Positions 1 through 9,151 are shown, counted from the stretch's first letter. The stretch: DNA of 32,000 nucleotides from Anaerosporomusa subterranea (GCF_001611555.1 NZ_LSGP01000020.1:1-32000); one strand, 5' to 3'. Notes: a model not told the origin generated them from the sequence alone. Numbers and translations: made by a program.

Positions 1-58
1 GGCTGCCAGCAGCTTCGCTGCTCTCAACCGCCGTTGCCGTTACCAGCGACGTTATTAC

Positions 59-88
59 ATATTAACATAAGCACTAGCATTGTGTCAA
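59..88 (-). promoter_or_regulatory. sigma-A type promoter, last of three tandem promoters reading toward coordinate 1
   Basis: Minus strand: TTGACA (88..83), 18 nt, TAATAT (64..59), with TGt directly upstream of the -10 (extended -10 like). Confidence 0.45.
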
Positions 89-145
89 TATGTAGTTTTT
101 GTTTCTTTCGGGTACTGATTGCCATCGCTTAGCGACAACTTATTC

Positions 146-175
146 AGTATACCATAGGGGCTTGTACTATGTCAA
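146..175 (-). promoter_or_regulatory. sigma-A type promoter (second of three tandem)
   Basis: Minus strand: TTGACA (175..170), 18 nt, TATACT (151..146), with TGg directly upstream of the -10. Confidence 0.5.
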
Positions 176-253
176 CAAGGTTTTTAGCCTTATTTAACTG
201 TGAAGCTAAGTTTGATTAGCTATCACTAGGAGACTCACCCTTCTGGGAACACT

Positions 254-282
254 AATATACCATACTGGCAATAGCTTGTCAA
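254..282 (-). promoter_or_regulatory. sigma-A type promoter (first of three tandem)
   Basis: Minus strand: TTGACA (282..277), 17 nt, TATATT (259..254), with TGg directly upstream of the -10. Confidence 0.5.
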
Positions 283-360
283 TCACTCATCTACCAGTAT
301 TCGTCTAACGAAACCTCCGCAAAGCATAGTGTGGCACAGATTCTAGAATTATATACATTC

Positions 361-398
361 AAAAATTTTAAAAAGCAGGGCGACTTAAAAGTCGCCCC
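361..398 (-). terminator. rho-independent terminator of gyrA
   Basis: Stem GGGCGAC (378-384) / GTCGCCC (391-397) with a 6-nt loop. On the minus strand it is followed by TGCTTTTTAAAATTTTT. It lies 6 nt after the gyrA stop. Confidence 0.8.
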
Positions 399-403
399 CA
401 CGA

Positions 404-2839
404 TTACTCATTATCGGTTTTCTTCTCTACCGCCGCTAAAGCAACGACTTTGTCATTCTCGCCGATTCTCATTAGGCGTACACCTTGTGTATTTCGCCCA
501 ACTACCGAGATCTCATCAACTTCCATACGGATGATGATACCGTCTCCGGATATGAGCATTAGCTCCTGGCCGGGTTTTACGATTTTGAGACCGACCACTA
601 CACCAGTCTTATCGGTTAGCTTATGGTTAATAACACCTTTGCCGCCCCGATTTTGCGATTTGTATTCTTCGGTAGGAGTGCGTTTGCCATATCCCTCAGC
701 AGTTACAGTAAGTACTTCACCGCCTTTGAAGATTGTCTCCATACCGATGACGACATCAGCATCTTCAAGCGAAATCCCACGGACGCCACGAGCCGTACGG
801 CCCATGCTGCGCACATTTTGTTCATTAAAGCAGATCGCCATTCCATGTTCTGTCCCCAAGATCACATGTTGGTTGCCATCAGTAAGCCGCACGCCAATCA
901 GATCATCATCCTCATCAAGAGAAATCGCAATAAGGCCAACCTTGCGTTCTGTGTCAAACTCCATCAGTTCAGTTTTCTTGACGACACCATTTTTTGTCGC
1001 CATAAACAGATGTTTATTGGCAGCAAATTCTTTCAGTGGGATGACTGCTGTTATCAATTCTTTATTCTCGAGCGGTAGCAAATTGATGATCGCCGTGCCT
1101 TTAGCTGTCCGACCTGCATCAGGCAACTCGTAGCCTTTCAGGCGATATACCCGACCACGATTCGTGAAGAACAAGATGTTGTGGTGAGTAGTAGCGACAA
1201 ACAGATGCTCAACAAAGTCTTCTTCCTTGGTCCCCATGCCAGTGACCCCCCGACCGCCGCGCTTCTGGCTGCGATAGGTGTCAGCAGACAGTCGTTTCAC
1301 ATAACCGTTATGGGTAATTGTGATAATAATATCTTCCTGAGCAATTAAATCTTCGATTTCGATTTTCGACACGTCGCTGGTAATCACGGTACGCCGTTCA
1401 TCGGCGAAACGCTTTCTGACATCGAGCAGTTCTTCTTTAATCAATTGCAAAACTTTATGCTCGTCAGCCAAAACAGCCTCCAGCCACTCAATGGTCTCGA
1501 GCACATCTTTGTACTCTTGCTCAATTTTTTCTCTCTCCAGACCTGTCAGGCGTTGCAGACGCATGTCTAGAATTGCCTGTGCCTGCTTTTCACTGAGTGA
1601 GAAGGTTTCCATCAAAGCATTCCGGGCAATATCAGCCGTCTGTGACTGCCGGATGGTACGAATAACTGCATCCAGGTGATCAAGCGCAATCTTTAGACCT
1701 TGTAAGATATGCTCTCTAGCCTTGGCCTTCGCCAACTCAAACCGGGTCCGACGAACAATAACTACTTTTTGATGTTCAAGATAATAGTAAAGTACCTGTT
1801 GGAGGTTAAGAACTTGCGGACGGCCATCAACTAAGGCCAGCATGTTGACCCCGAAGGTCTCCTGCAATTGCGTATGCTTATATAATTGATTGAGAACGAC
1901 GTCACCGTTGGCATCACGCCTTAACTCAATAACAACTCTCATCCCTGTGCGGTCGCTTTCGTCGCGCAGGTCAGTGATGCCATCAATCGTTTTGTCGCGC
2001 ACCAGTTCGGCAATCTTTTCGATTAGCCTGGCTTTATTAACTTGATAGGGAAGTTCTGTGACCAGTATGCGAGTTTTGCCATTAGACATGCGTTCAATAC
2101 GCGCCTGGGCTCGCATTTTCACTGAACCGCGTCCTGTCGTATAGGCTTGCCGTATCCCTTCCCGCCCAAGAATCAGGGCGCCGGTTGGGAAATCCGGACC
2201 TTTTATGTATTGCATTAATTCGGGTATCGTGATGTCAGGATTGTCGATCATCACAACAAGCGCATCAACCACTTCACCCAAATTGTGCGGCGGTATATTA
2301 GTAGCCATGCCAACGGCAATGCCTGACGAACCATTAACCAGTAGGTTGGGGATCTTGGCTGGCAGTACAGTTGGTTCTTTGAGCGACTCGTCATAGTTTG
2401 GTGCAAAGTCAACTGTATCTTTCTCAATGTCTTCTAGCATTTCTTCGGCAATACGCGACATGCGGACTTCCGTATAACGCATGGCTGCCGCTGAGTCACC
2501 GTCAACCGATCCGAAGTTACCATGGCCATCAACCATCAGATACCGGGTAGAGAAATCCTGTGCCAAGCGTACGATCGCATCATAGACCGAGCTATCGCCG
2601 TGGGGATGATATTTACCGAGAACTTCACCGACGATACGGGCTGATTTTTTGTGGGCTTTATTAGAAGCCATTCCAGCTTCATGCATTGCATAGAGAATCC
2701 GTCGGTGCACTGGCTTCAAGCCATCCCTAACGTCAGGCAAAGCCCGCATAACGATAACACTCATCGCATAGTCGATATACGAGTTCTTCATTTCTTCGTC
2801 AAGGCTAATCGGCAAAACTTTTCCTAAACCAAAATCCAT
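404..2839 (-). CDS. gyrA: DNA gyrase subunit A
   Basis: 811-aa ORF. N-terminus has [33 protein letters not shown] and [22 protein letters not shown] (QRDR region), followed by C-terminal beta-pinwheel repeats. RBS GAGGTGAGGAA lies upstream. Confidence 0.97.
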   Translation of the reverse strand: MDFGLGKVLPISLDEEMKNSYIDYAMSVIVMRALPDVRDGLKPVHRRILYAMHEAGMASNKAHKKSARIVGEVLGKYHPHGDSSVYDAIVRLAQDFSTRYLMVDGHGNFGSVDGDSAAAMRYTEVRMSRIAEEMLEDIEKDTVDFAPNYDESLKEPTVLPAKIPNLLVNGSSGIAVGMATNIPPHNLGEVVDALVVMIDNPDITIPELMQYIKGPDFPTGALILGREGIRQAYTTGRGSVKMRAQARIERMSNGKTRILVTELPYQVNKARLIEKIAELVRDKTIDGITDLRDESDRTGMRVVIELRRDANGDVVLNQLYKHTQLQETFGVNMLALVDGRPQVLNLQQVLYYYLEHQKVVIVRRTRFELAKAKAREHILQGLKIALDHLDAVIRTIRQSQTADIARNALMETFSLSEKQAQAILDMRLQRLTGLEREKIEQEYKDVLETIEWLEAVLADEHKVLQLIKEELLDVRKRFADERRTVITSDVSKIEIEDLIAQEDIIITITHNGYVKRLSADTYRSQKRGGRGVTGMGTKEEDFVEHLFVATTHHNILFFTNRGRVYRLKGYELPDAGRTAKGTAIINLLPLENKELITAVIPLKEFAANKHLFMATKNGVVKKTELMEFDTERKVGLIAISLDEDDDLIGVRLTDGNQHVILGTEHGMAICFNEQNVRSMGRTARGVRGISLEDADVVIGMETIFKGGEVLTVTAEGYGKRTPTEEYKSQNRGGKGVINHKLTDKTGVVVGLKIVKPGQELMLISGDGIIIRMEVDEISVVGRNTQGVRLMRIGENDKVVALAAVEKKTDNE

Positions 2840-2904
2840 TTCCTCACCTCAGACCATCATTATCCATAGTCTATCCACTTATTTACATTACCATAGTAAA
2901 TTCT

Positions 2905-4014
2905 TTATAGCGCTGCTTCTGCCAGCCAATTGGCCATCGTCTGATGCGGTTTGCCCAAAGGTACGGCTGCGAGTTCGTCTAACGTCATCCAGCAACCGTC
3001 TTCGCGGCGTTCATTGTTATATCCCGTGCCTGAGCCTTGATAAATTTGCAAATCCCAGGTCCGGTGACTGAATACATGCTGCAGATTGCGCCACTGGGTT
3101 AGCGAAGCAACAGTTTGCCCGCTCTTGGCAAAAAGAGACCGAAGCGCTGTTTCTGGATCGCTATCCACCGCTTCAATCGTCGGGAACTCCCACATGCCAG
3201 CCAGCAAACCACTCTTAGGCCGCTTTCGCACAAAAAATTGCTGACACTGATTTTTCACGATGCCGACCGCCATCTTAACCGGGCGAGGCTCAGCTTTTTT
3301 TGCTTTACGCGGTAGTTCCGATTGACAGCCCTCCTTATATGCGATGCATTCATCAGCCAGCGGACAAAGCGAGCAGCGCGGCACTCGACCACAAACAGAT
3401 GAACCAAGGTCCATAACCGCCTGATTGAAATCGCCTGGACGGTCGGAGGGGATAACCTCGCGAACCTTTGCTGTCACAGCCTGTTTACCAATTGATGAGG
3501 TTATCAGCTGTTTTAGACAAAACAGACGGCTGAATACTCTGAGCACATTGCCGTCAACGGCAGGCTCAGGCTGTCCATGAACAATGCTCAGCAGTGCGCC
3601 GGCGGTGTAGCTGCCGACACCGCTGAGGCTTTCAACCTCTTGCCGGGTTTGCGGCAAAACGCCGTCATAGCGTTCCAGCGCTTCTCTGACCCCTGTCTGC
3701 AGGTTGCGGGCGCGGCTATAATAGCCAAGGCCTTGCCATGCGTGTAGTACATCTTCTTCAGGGGCATCTGCTAACGTTCTCATATCCGGAAAGCGGTCGA
3801 GGAAGCGCCTGTAGTAAGGCTCAACCGCTTCAACCCGGGTTTGTTGGAGCATGATTTCAGAAACCCAGACTTTATACAGGGTAGTATCTTGACGCCAAGA
3901 AAGTTCTCTGCCGCATGCGTCATACCAAGCCAAAAGCTTATCAGCGATAATAGAACGTTGGCTTGACTTAACAGCGGTTCTTTGTTGTTTTTTCAATTGA
4001 TTGGCTTTCCTCAT
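2905..4014 (-). CDS. mutY: A/G-specific adenine DNA glycosylase
   Basis: 369-aa ORF with HhH-GPD core (VWVSEIMLQQTRV, GLGYYSRARNL), a 4Fe-4S cysteine cluster C-X6-C-X2-C-X5-C (CGRVPRCSLCPLADEC) and a NUDIX-like C-terminal domain. The start is uncertain: no RBS precedes 4014, and an in-frame TTG at 3996 follows GAGGAAA. Confidence 0.92.
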   Translation of the reverse strand: MRKANQLKKQQRTAVKSSQRSIIADKLLAWYDACGRELSWRQDTTLYKVWVSEIMLQQTRVEAVEPYYRRFLDRFPDMRTLADAPEEDVLHAWQGLGYYSRARNLQTGVREALERYDGVLPQTRQEVESLSGVGSYTAGALLSIVHGQPEPAVDGNVLRVFSRLFCLKQLITSSIGKQAVTAKVREVIPSDRPGDFNQAVMDLGSSVCGRVPRCSLCPLADECIAYKEGCQSELPRKAKKAEPRPVKMAVGIVKNQCQQFFVRKRPKSGLLAGMWEFPTIEAVDSDPETALRSLFAKSGQTVASLTQWRNLQHVFSHRTWDLQIYQGSGTGYNNERREDGCWMTLDELAAVPLGKPHQTMANWLAEAAL

Positions 4015-4167
4015 AAACGTAGTAAAGTCTTAACTTGAATAGTATTCACCTTCCTAGTTAAAAATTCCTGCCTGAAAGCTAGGCAGAATGCTGTGGCTGG
4101 TGAGCAAAATTATGCTTCCGCCATATAGTAATTTGAAGATGTGCTTTCTCCAAAGGAGTTGAACAAC

Positions 4168-4806
4168 GTGAATTTCTTTTATGTGCTACTGCTAGGGGTC
4201 GCTGTCAGCATTGACGGTCTAATGGCAGGCGTAGCCTATGGTCTGCGTAGCATCCGTATTCCATTAAGCTCATTCCTGATTGTTGGGGCCGTCACTGCTG
4301 TCGCGTCTGCGTTCGCGATGGGTGCAGCAGCTATGCTGGGACAATATATTGATACATTTCTAGCGATGGTCCTCGGCGGTATCCTGTTAATTCTTTTAGG
4401 AGCGTGGAACGTATTCCACCAATACTTAACCAAGAACATTCCCACTTATGAGGTGGAAGGAGAGGTCACAGCCGGCAAGCTGACTTTTTCAATCGGTCAT
4501 CTGGTCATTAGCATTATGGCTAGACCGGAGTCCGCTGACGTTGATCACTTGGGAGTAATTAGTCCATTAGAGGCGGTATTTTTGGGGCTGGCGGTTGGCG
4601 CCGACGCGGCAGTAGGTACCTTTGCCGCAGCCTTAACCGGTGCGTTGCCGCTTTACACTCCCTTGATAATCGGGATTATTCACATTATCTGTATTGGCGG
4701 TGGGGTTGTGCTATCAGACCGCTTTGTGTCTGATGAATGGAAAAGGCGGTTCCCCTTTTTACCGGGGACGATGTTGATAGTGCTAGGCTTATTGCGCTTA
4801 GCTTAG
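4168..4806 (+). CDS. ytaF: YtaF-type sporulation membrane protein (MntP/DUF204-like)
   Basis: Polytopic membrane ORF with VSIDGLMAGVAYG and a second LAVGADAAVG half-repeat typical of the YtaF/MntP fold. The GTG at 4168 is preferred because AAGGAG (4153-4158) sits 9 nt upstream. The longest ORF starts at 4141. Confidence 0.7.
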   Translation: MNFFYVLLLGVAVSIDGLMAGVAYGLRSIRIPLSSFLIVGAVTAVASAFAMGAAAMLGQYIDTFLAMVLGGILLILLGAWNVFHQYLTKNIPTYEVEGEVTAGKLTFSIGHLVISIMARPESADVDHLGVISPLEAVFLGLAVGADAAVGTFAAALTGALPLYTPLIIGIIHIICIGGGVVLSDRFVSDEWKRRFPFLPGTMLIVLGLLRLA

Positions 4807-5050
4807 CCGGGCTCTTCAAGCACGGGCCAATCTGTGACGCGCACGGATGCGCTAGTGCCGAATGCGCCATGGATGGCACAGCATTAGGCCGTTGTTACCC
4901 CCGGAAACTCATTGCTAGCGTACCCCGCGTACGCGTCGCCGCTGAGTTTCCGGGGTGCCTAGTGATGCTACTCTACTATGTTGCATCAAATGTTTAGTAG
5001 TCTCATAGGTAACAACATCTCGACCTTTCTGAACGCCCTTGGAGTCTGGC
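4806..5050 (+). ncRNA. candidate structured RNA (unknown family), possibly a 3'UTR element of ytaF
   Basis: Nested helices:
- 4806-4820 / 5038-5050: 13 bp including 3 G-U pairs.
- 4825-4836 / 4877-4890: 12 bp.
- 4891-4898 / 5009-5016: 8 bp, perfect.
- 4899-4911 / 4943-4955: 13 bp, perfect.
- Local hairpins: 4839-4852, 4918-4934, and 4963-4968 / 4983-4988.
No coding ORF with an RBS is present. Confidence 0.35.
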
Positions 5051-5069
5051 CGTTGAAAATAAAAATTAT

Positions 5070-6014
5070 CTACTGCAGGCGTTTTATCCCCAACTGTTCT
5101 GCTTTGCGGAAATCCGTGTCCGCCTTTTCCGTGTCGCCTTTTTCCCGCAGAGCGAGTGCCCTGCCGTAATAGGCGAGAGCGAAATCCGGTTTCAACTGAA
5201 TTAATGTATTGTAATCGCGGATTGCCATGTCATGACGCCGCAAAGCGCACAACGCATTGGCCCGATAGAGATAGGCTTCGTACATCGCTGGTGCCAGTTC
5301 GATCGCTCGGCTTAGATCCTTAATTGCTGCCTTATGGTCTTGCTGCAAATACAGCAGATAGCCGCGTTTAAAGTAGGGGGTGGGCGGAGGGTTGGTTACA
5401 CCGCTCTTTTTGACAATAGCCAGCGTGAAATCGGCCATTGCATCATCAAGTTCATTTGTGAGCAAGCCAACGTCACCACGATGATAATAAGCAGCTGACA
5501 ATTCAGGATTGAGTCCTAATGCTTGGTTATAATCTGCAAGCGCCTGATCATAGCGCTTATTCGCTTTATGAAGGTGTCCGCGATACAGGTAGGCTTCCGG
5601 CAAGTCGGGCTTAATCTCTATCGCTTTAGAAAACGCTTTAGCTGCTTTATCTAACTCCCCGGTACGGAAATAGGAGCGACCAAGAATAATATGAGCTGTG
5701 ACATTCTTCGCGTCAACAGCTAGCATCTCATTAGCTAACTGTAGAGCTCTATCCGGTTGGCGAGCAGCGAGCGCCTCCTGTGCTTCGATCAGCTTACGAT
5801 CTGCCGGACTTGGCGCCGGCAATTGCACAAATTCTTCCCCTCCGGTCTCCATCAGCCGGTTGTCCAGCTCGGCTGCCGTAATTGGGGCTCGATTTGGATT
5901 TTGACGATGCTGTAGCAAAAAAAAGAAACATGTTGACAATAACAGGATCGCTGCAACCGAGAGTATGAGCAGTCTCCTGCTGTTAGACTGATGGGGCTGC
6001 TGAACAGGTTCCAC
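5070..6014 (-). CDS. TPR-repeat protein with N-terminal membrane anchor
   Basis: One hydrophobic helix (LLILSVAAILLLSTCFFFLL) is followed by repeated 34-aa TPR units (AxxxYxxAL...P motifs such as AYLYRGHLH, AYYHRGDV, AYLYRANAL, AYYGRALAL). The GTG at 6014 is preferred, 7 nt after AAGGAGG (6028..6022). The longest ORF starts at 6038. Confidence 0.8.
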   Translation of the reverse strand: MEPVQQPHQSNSRRLLILSVAAILLLSTCFFFLLQHRQNPNRAPITAAELDNRLMETGGEEFVQLPAPSPADRKLIEAQEALAARQPDRALQLANEMLAVDAKNVTAHIILGRSYFRTGELDKAAKAFSKAIEIKPDLPEAYLYRGHLHKANKRYDQALADYNQALGLNPELSAAYYHRGDVGLLTNELDDAMADFTLAIVKKSGVTNPPPTPYFKRGYLLYLQQDHKAAIKDLSRAIELAPAMYEAYLYRANALCALRRHDMAIRDYNTLIQLKPDFALAYYGRALALREKGDTEKADTDFRKAEQLGIKRLQ

Positions 6015-6080
6015 TGACATACCTCCTTTGGGCAGCATTGAGGACAGGCATTGGGGGAAACATGAAGATAGAAATAAAGG

Positions 6081-7067
6081 TTAGGGAATGCCGGCCATGA
6101 TTCTTTGCAGCGTGCCGGGAAGAACTAAACCACCGCTGGCTCGCAGTCCCAGCAGCAGTCCGCCGACAATCGGCGGGTAAACGGCTGGCGCAAAATGCGC
6201 CTGCGGCGCTAGTTTTTGGATGGAGTGCGCTAACTTCTCCCTCAACCAGGAATTCTTCTCTAGAATGCCGCCTGCTAATACTGTGTGCAGATTAGTATCA
6301 CTAAGAGCTAGTTTATCAATTACAGTGGCAGCCATCAGACTCAGCTCATTTAGCGCGTTGTTGACAATGGTTCTGGCCTGCCAGTCTCCATTATCAGCCA
6401 AAGTAAAAATAGCCGGCGCAAGGGCAGCCACTGAATCAACCGAAAAATCGGAACTATACAGCCAATTAATCAGTTCTTCGACATCGACCATGCCTTTTTC
6501 CTGCAGTATTACCGCACAAATGCCTGATTGCTTCTCTCTGCCATCAGCTGTTCGCAGCGCATGGCGCAATGCGTCCATTCCGATACAATAGCCGCTTCCC
6601 TCATCTCCTGCGCGGCTCCCCCAACCGCCTACCCTCACCCTACGTCCATCAAGAGCGACGCCACAGGCGATAGATCCTGTCCCTGCAATAATTAACAAAC
6701 CGTCAGAGCCACCAGTTGCACCAATCAAGGTTACCATTCCATCATTCTCTAGCAGCAGTTGGTCCGTCTGGATGGCCGCGGCACGCAGTGTATCCACTGC
6801 CACGGCGGTCAGAACCTCACGATCTTTGCGAGTATCCAGGCCAGCCAGCCCAAAGACTGCGCACTCGACTGACGACGGTCTGCACGGTAAGGACTGCAAC
6901 AGTTTAGTAATGACTTTTCTTGCTTGCCCTTCACCAATACTGTGATAATTTGCCGGACCACCCTGAGCGTAGCCCAGGACTTCACCAGATTGACTACATA
7001 ATAGGGCCCGACAAGACGTACCACCAGCATCTATTGCCAGTACAGTCCCTCCCGCTAACATTGTCAT
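6081..7067 (-). CDS. BadF/BadG/BcrA/BcrD-type ATPase (N-acetylglucosamine-kinase-like)
   Basis: 328 aa. Has the ASKHA phosphate-1 motif LAIDAGGTSCR, IIAGTGSIA, and GGWGSRAGDEGSGYCIG. RBS GGGGAGGGA lies 5 nt upstream of the ATG. Confidence 0.8.
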   Translation of the reverse strand: MTMLAGGTVLAIDAGGTSCRALLCSQSGEVLGYAQGGPANYHSIGEGQARKVITKLLQSLPCRPSSVECAVFGLAGLDTRKDREVLTAVAVDTLRAAAIQTDQLLLENDGMVTLIGATGGSDGLLIIAGTGSIACGVALDGRRVRVGGWGSRAGDEGSGYCIGMDALRHALRTADGREKQSGICAVILQEKGMVDVEELINWLYSSDFSVDSVAALAPAIFTLADNGDWQARTIVNNALNELSLMAATVIDKLALSDTNLHTVLAGGILEKNSWLREKLAHSIQKLAPQAHFAPAVYPPIVGGLLLGLRASGGLVLPGTLQRIMAGIP

Positions 7068-7168
7068 CTAAATCCCTCCCCGGAGTCGTAATCGCCTGTA
7101 ATTTGAGCATCTCCTATTCCAATACGATCATATAGTCTTTTTTAAGTTATTCTGCTTGCATATAACAG

Positions 7169-7197
7169 TTGACTCTCTAGACAAGCAGCAGTACTAT
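7169..7197 (+). promoter_or_regulatory. sigma-A type promoter of the TerC gene
   Basis: TTGACT (7169-7174), 17 nt, TACTAT (7192-7197). This implies a leader of about 130 nt. The 7-bp inverted repeat CTGCTTG (7152-7158) / CAAGCAG (7182-7188) brackets the -35. Confidence 0.5.
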
Positions 7198-7333
7198 CAG
7201 AATATATGGAGTTTACTGACAGCCTCGCGTTGCCAGTCCATGTTTGGCAAACATGATCGTTGCTAACCTTGCCCCACAGGTAAGTACTTAACGCATCTGT
7301 CATCATTGCCAAATTAGAAAGGGGTGGATTCGC

Positions 7334-8029
7334 ATGTTTTCTCTCGAGCTGTGGTCTGCTGTATTCGCTATTGTTGTTATTGACATTGTATTGGCTGGCG
7401 ATAACGCGATCGTTATCGGCTTGGCAGCCAGAAACTTGCCCAAGCTCCAGCAAAAGAAGGCTATTTTGTTAGGAACCTTTGGCGCAGTCGTTATCCGAAT
7501 CTGTGCTACCGTATTTGTTGTCTGGCTACTCCAGGTTCCTGGCTTGCTCTTGGCTGGCGGCTTGATGCTAATCTGGATTGCCTTCAAACTGCTTACAGAC
7601 AAAAACGAGAAAGTAGAAGAAGCAGTTGCCGCTAAGAGTAACCTGTTTGACGCCGTTAGAACCATCATCATCGCTGATGCCTGCATGGGGTTAGATAATG
7701 TGCTTGGTGTTGCTGGCGCGGCACAAGGCAACTTCACCCTCGTGATCTTAGGACTCATGATCAGCATTCCAATCGTCGTGTTTAGCAGCACACTAGTCAT
7801 TAAGCTTGTTGAGCGCTTCCCCATCATTATTGACTTAGGCGCCGCTGTTCTTGGCTGGACAGCAGCAAAAATGATTGTCGGCGAACCCTTCCTGGCTGCG
7901 TGGACCGCAGACCCTTACGTAAAGTGGATTCTCGCCGTCGTTATCATTGGCGGTATTCTCGGTGCCGCAGCCTATAAGAATCGACTCTCGACAACAGAAG
8001 AAATTCCTCAGTCAGAATCAGAACTTTAG
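7334..8029 (+). CDS. TerC family integral membrane protein (short YjbE-like form)
   Basis: 231 aa. Has VIDIVLAGDNAIVIGLAA and a second IADACMGLDNVLGVAGAA repeat, the hallmark duplicated TerC motif. RBS AAAGGGGTGG. Confidence 0.85.
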   Translation: MFSLELWSAVFAIVVIDIVLAGDNAIVIGLAARNLPKLQQKKAILLGTFGAVVIRICATVFVVWLLQVPGLLLAGGLMLIWIAFKLLTDKNEKVEEAVAAKSNLFDAVRTIIIADACMGLDNVLGVAGAAQGNFTLVILGLMISIPIVVFSSTLVIKLVERFPIIIDLGAAVLGWTAAKMIVGEPFLAAWTADPYVKWILAVVIIGGILGAAAYKNRLSTTEEIPQSESEL

Positions 8030-8046
8030 ATATTTGGGTTACCCAG

Positions 8047-8075
8047 CCCTGCCGTATTACGGCAGGGCCTTTTTG
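8047..8075 (+). terminator. rho-independent terminator after TerC
   Basis: CCCTGCCG (8047-8054), loop TATTA, CGGCAGGG (8060-8067), then CCTTTTT. Confidence 0.8.
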
Positions 8076-8227
8076 CACTAGAACCGATAAGTTTGCAGGC
8101 ACGTTGAGGTCTCGTAGCGTAAGGGGCGGAACACTAGCACGCGCATGATAATCGAATAATAATAGCGGTATATTTGTGTCGCTTGTGTTCTGCGTTGGAC
8201 CTGTAAAGGGTATGCATGCCGCCGACT

Positions 8228-8503
8228 TTATTGATCAAGACGCCCTAGGGTGGTAGACGAGTCAGAAGTTTCATCTCCCAACCACGCAAATCGCGGGACC
8301 GCTTGTCCATTTATAACTACCGTCTCAAAAAACATTGTATACGGCCGAATCCAAAGCCCCTGATCGCCATATAAAGCACGATAAACAACAAAGCGCTCTC
8401 CGGTTTCTGAATGAGTCGCTTGGTCAATTACAAAGTACTCACCACCCTTGTAATGTCGGTAACGGCCTTTTTGTATTTTTTCAGTTGATTGCTGTGCTAC
8501 CAT
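8228..8503 (-). CDS. DUF1653 family protein
   Basis: YRHYKGGEYFVI...ETGERFVVYRALYGDQGLWIRPYTMF matches the DUF1653 signature as I remember it. The ATG at 8503 lies 7 nt after GGAGGAG. Confidence 0.75.
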   Translation of the reverse strand: MVAQQSTEKIQKGRYRHYKGGEYFVIDQATHSETGERFVVYRALYGDQGLWIRPYTMFFETVVINGQAVPRFAWLGDETSDSSTTLGRLDQ

Positions 8504-8713
8504 CAAAGATCTCCTCCCTGCGCCTTATACACTACTTTACTTTCTGCGGCAAAATCCCCCTGATATCGCTTTTTAGCGGCTGCAAATACCGGTTTCTCCT
8601 ATACAAGCAATTAACTTTACATAATTGCGTTACCTTCTTAATCTTGCAGCGTTAATATACTTGAGCAGCGCAAACGCGTTCGTCTCAATAACTTATTTTA
8701 CAGGAGGCTACTG

Positions 8714-9151
8714 ATGAAAATGCGAAACCAACGCACTACCTTTATTGCCATGATGGGCTTAATATTAGCATTCACTTTATTTCTGGGCGGATGCTCTGAT
8801 GTCAGGCCGATTGATTCACAGACCCCAACCGCTCCAAGCACCACACCGAACGCTGAGGCGGTAAAAGTGACCTATAATTACAGCGACAGCGGCAACGTTA
8901 CCTTGTCGGCAAATAACATCACCTTGCAAAAAGGCCAAACACTGATCCTTGAACCTGCTGCCGGTTTAACAAAAAAGACCCGTTTCCTGTCTAGCGGCGA
9001 AAACTTTTTCAATGACGTCATGGAACAGGTTAAAACTGATAACAGCAAGCTGGTCTTTGTTGCCAAAGCGCCTGGCAAAGGCAAACTTCAAATCATTCCG
9101 AACTATACAGAAACTGACCGGGCAATTGACTTCTGGGTAACAGTACGGTAA
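8714..9151 (+). CDS. lipoprotein of unknown function
   Basis: Signal peptide with lipobox LFLGGC. RBS AGGAGG. The mature part is small and beta-rich, with no motif I recognise. Confidence 0.7.
   Translation: MKMRNQRTTFIAMMGLILAFTLFLGGCSDVRPIDSQTPTAPSTTPNAEAVKVTYNYSDSGNVTLSANNITLQKGQTLILEPAAGLTKKTRFLSSGENFFNDVMEQVKTDNSKLVFVAKAPGKGKLQIIPNYTETDRAIDFWVTVR

Noticed and set aside
450-1133. Long antisense ORFs inside gyrA (450-1133 and 623-1078). The same applies to antisense ORFs in other genes, for example 7303-7827 in TerC, 13211-13675 across feoA/feoB, 21472-21921 in the ABC binding protein gene and 27119-27541 in the DASS gene.
   Set aside because: They lie entirely opposite genes with unmistakable family motifs. 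They have low-complexity Ser/Pro/Arg/Thr-rich translations, no RBS and no recognisable domains. They are typical shadow ORFs.
4122-4130. CATATAGTA upstream of the ytaF-like gene, which resembles the -10 of mother-cell sporulation sigma factors (sigma-K CATA---TA or sigma-E CATACA-T).
   Set aside because: There is no matching -35 element (AC for sigma-K, ATA-type for sigma-E) at the correct spacing. A single 9-mer in AT-rich DNA is not enough evidence.
4806-5050. Assignment of the structured spacer to a known RNA (SRP/scRNA, 6S, tmRNA, RNase P or group II intron domain V) or to an integron attC site.
   Set aside because: I found no GGAAGGAAGCAGC-type SRP domain IV motif, no tRNA-like 3' end, no RNase P GAGGAAAGUCC element, no domain V consensus, and no RYYYAAC / GTTRRRY pair. 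It is therefore reported only as an unknown structured element.
8130-8160. GATAATCGAATAATAATAG in the TerC/DUF1653 spacer, considered as a third Fur box.
   Set aside because: Only the first hexamer matches the Fur consensus. There is no dyad symmetry and no adjacent promoter.
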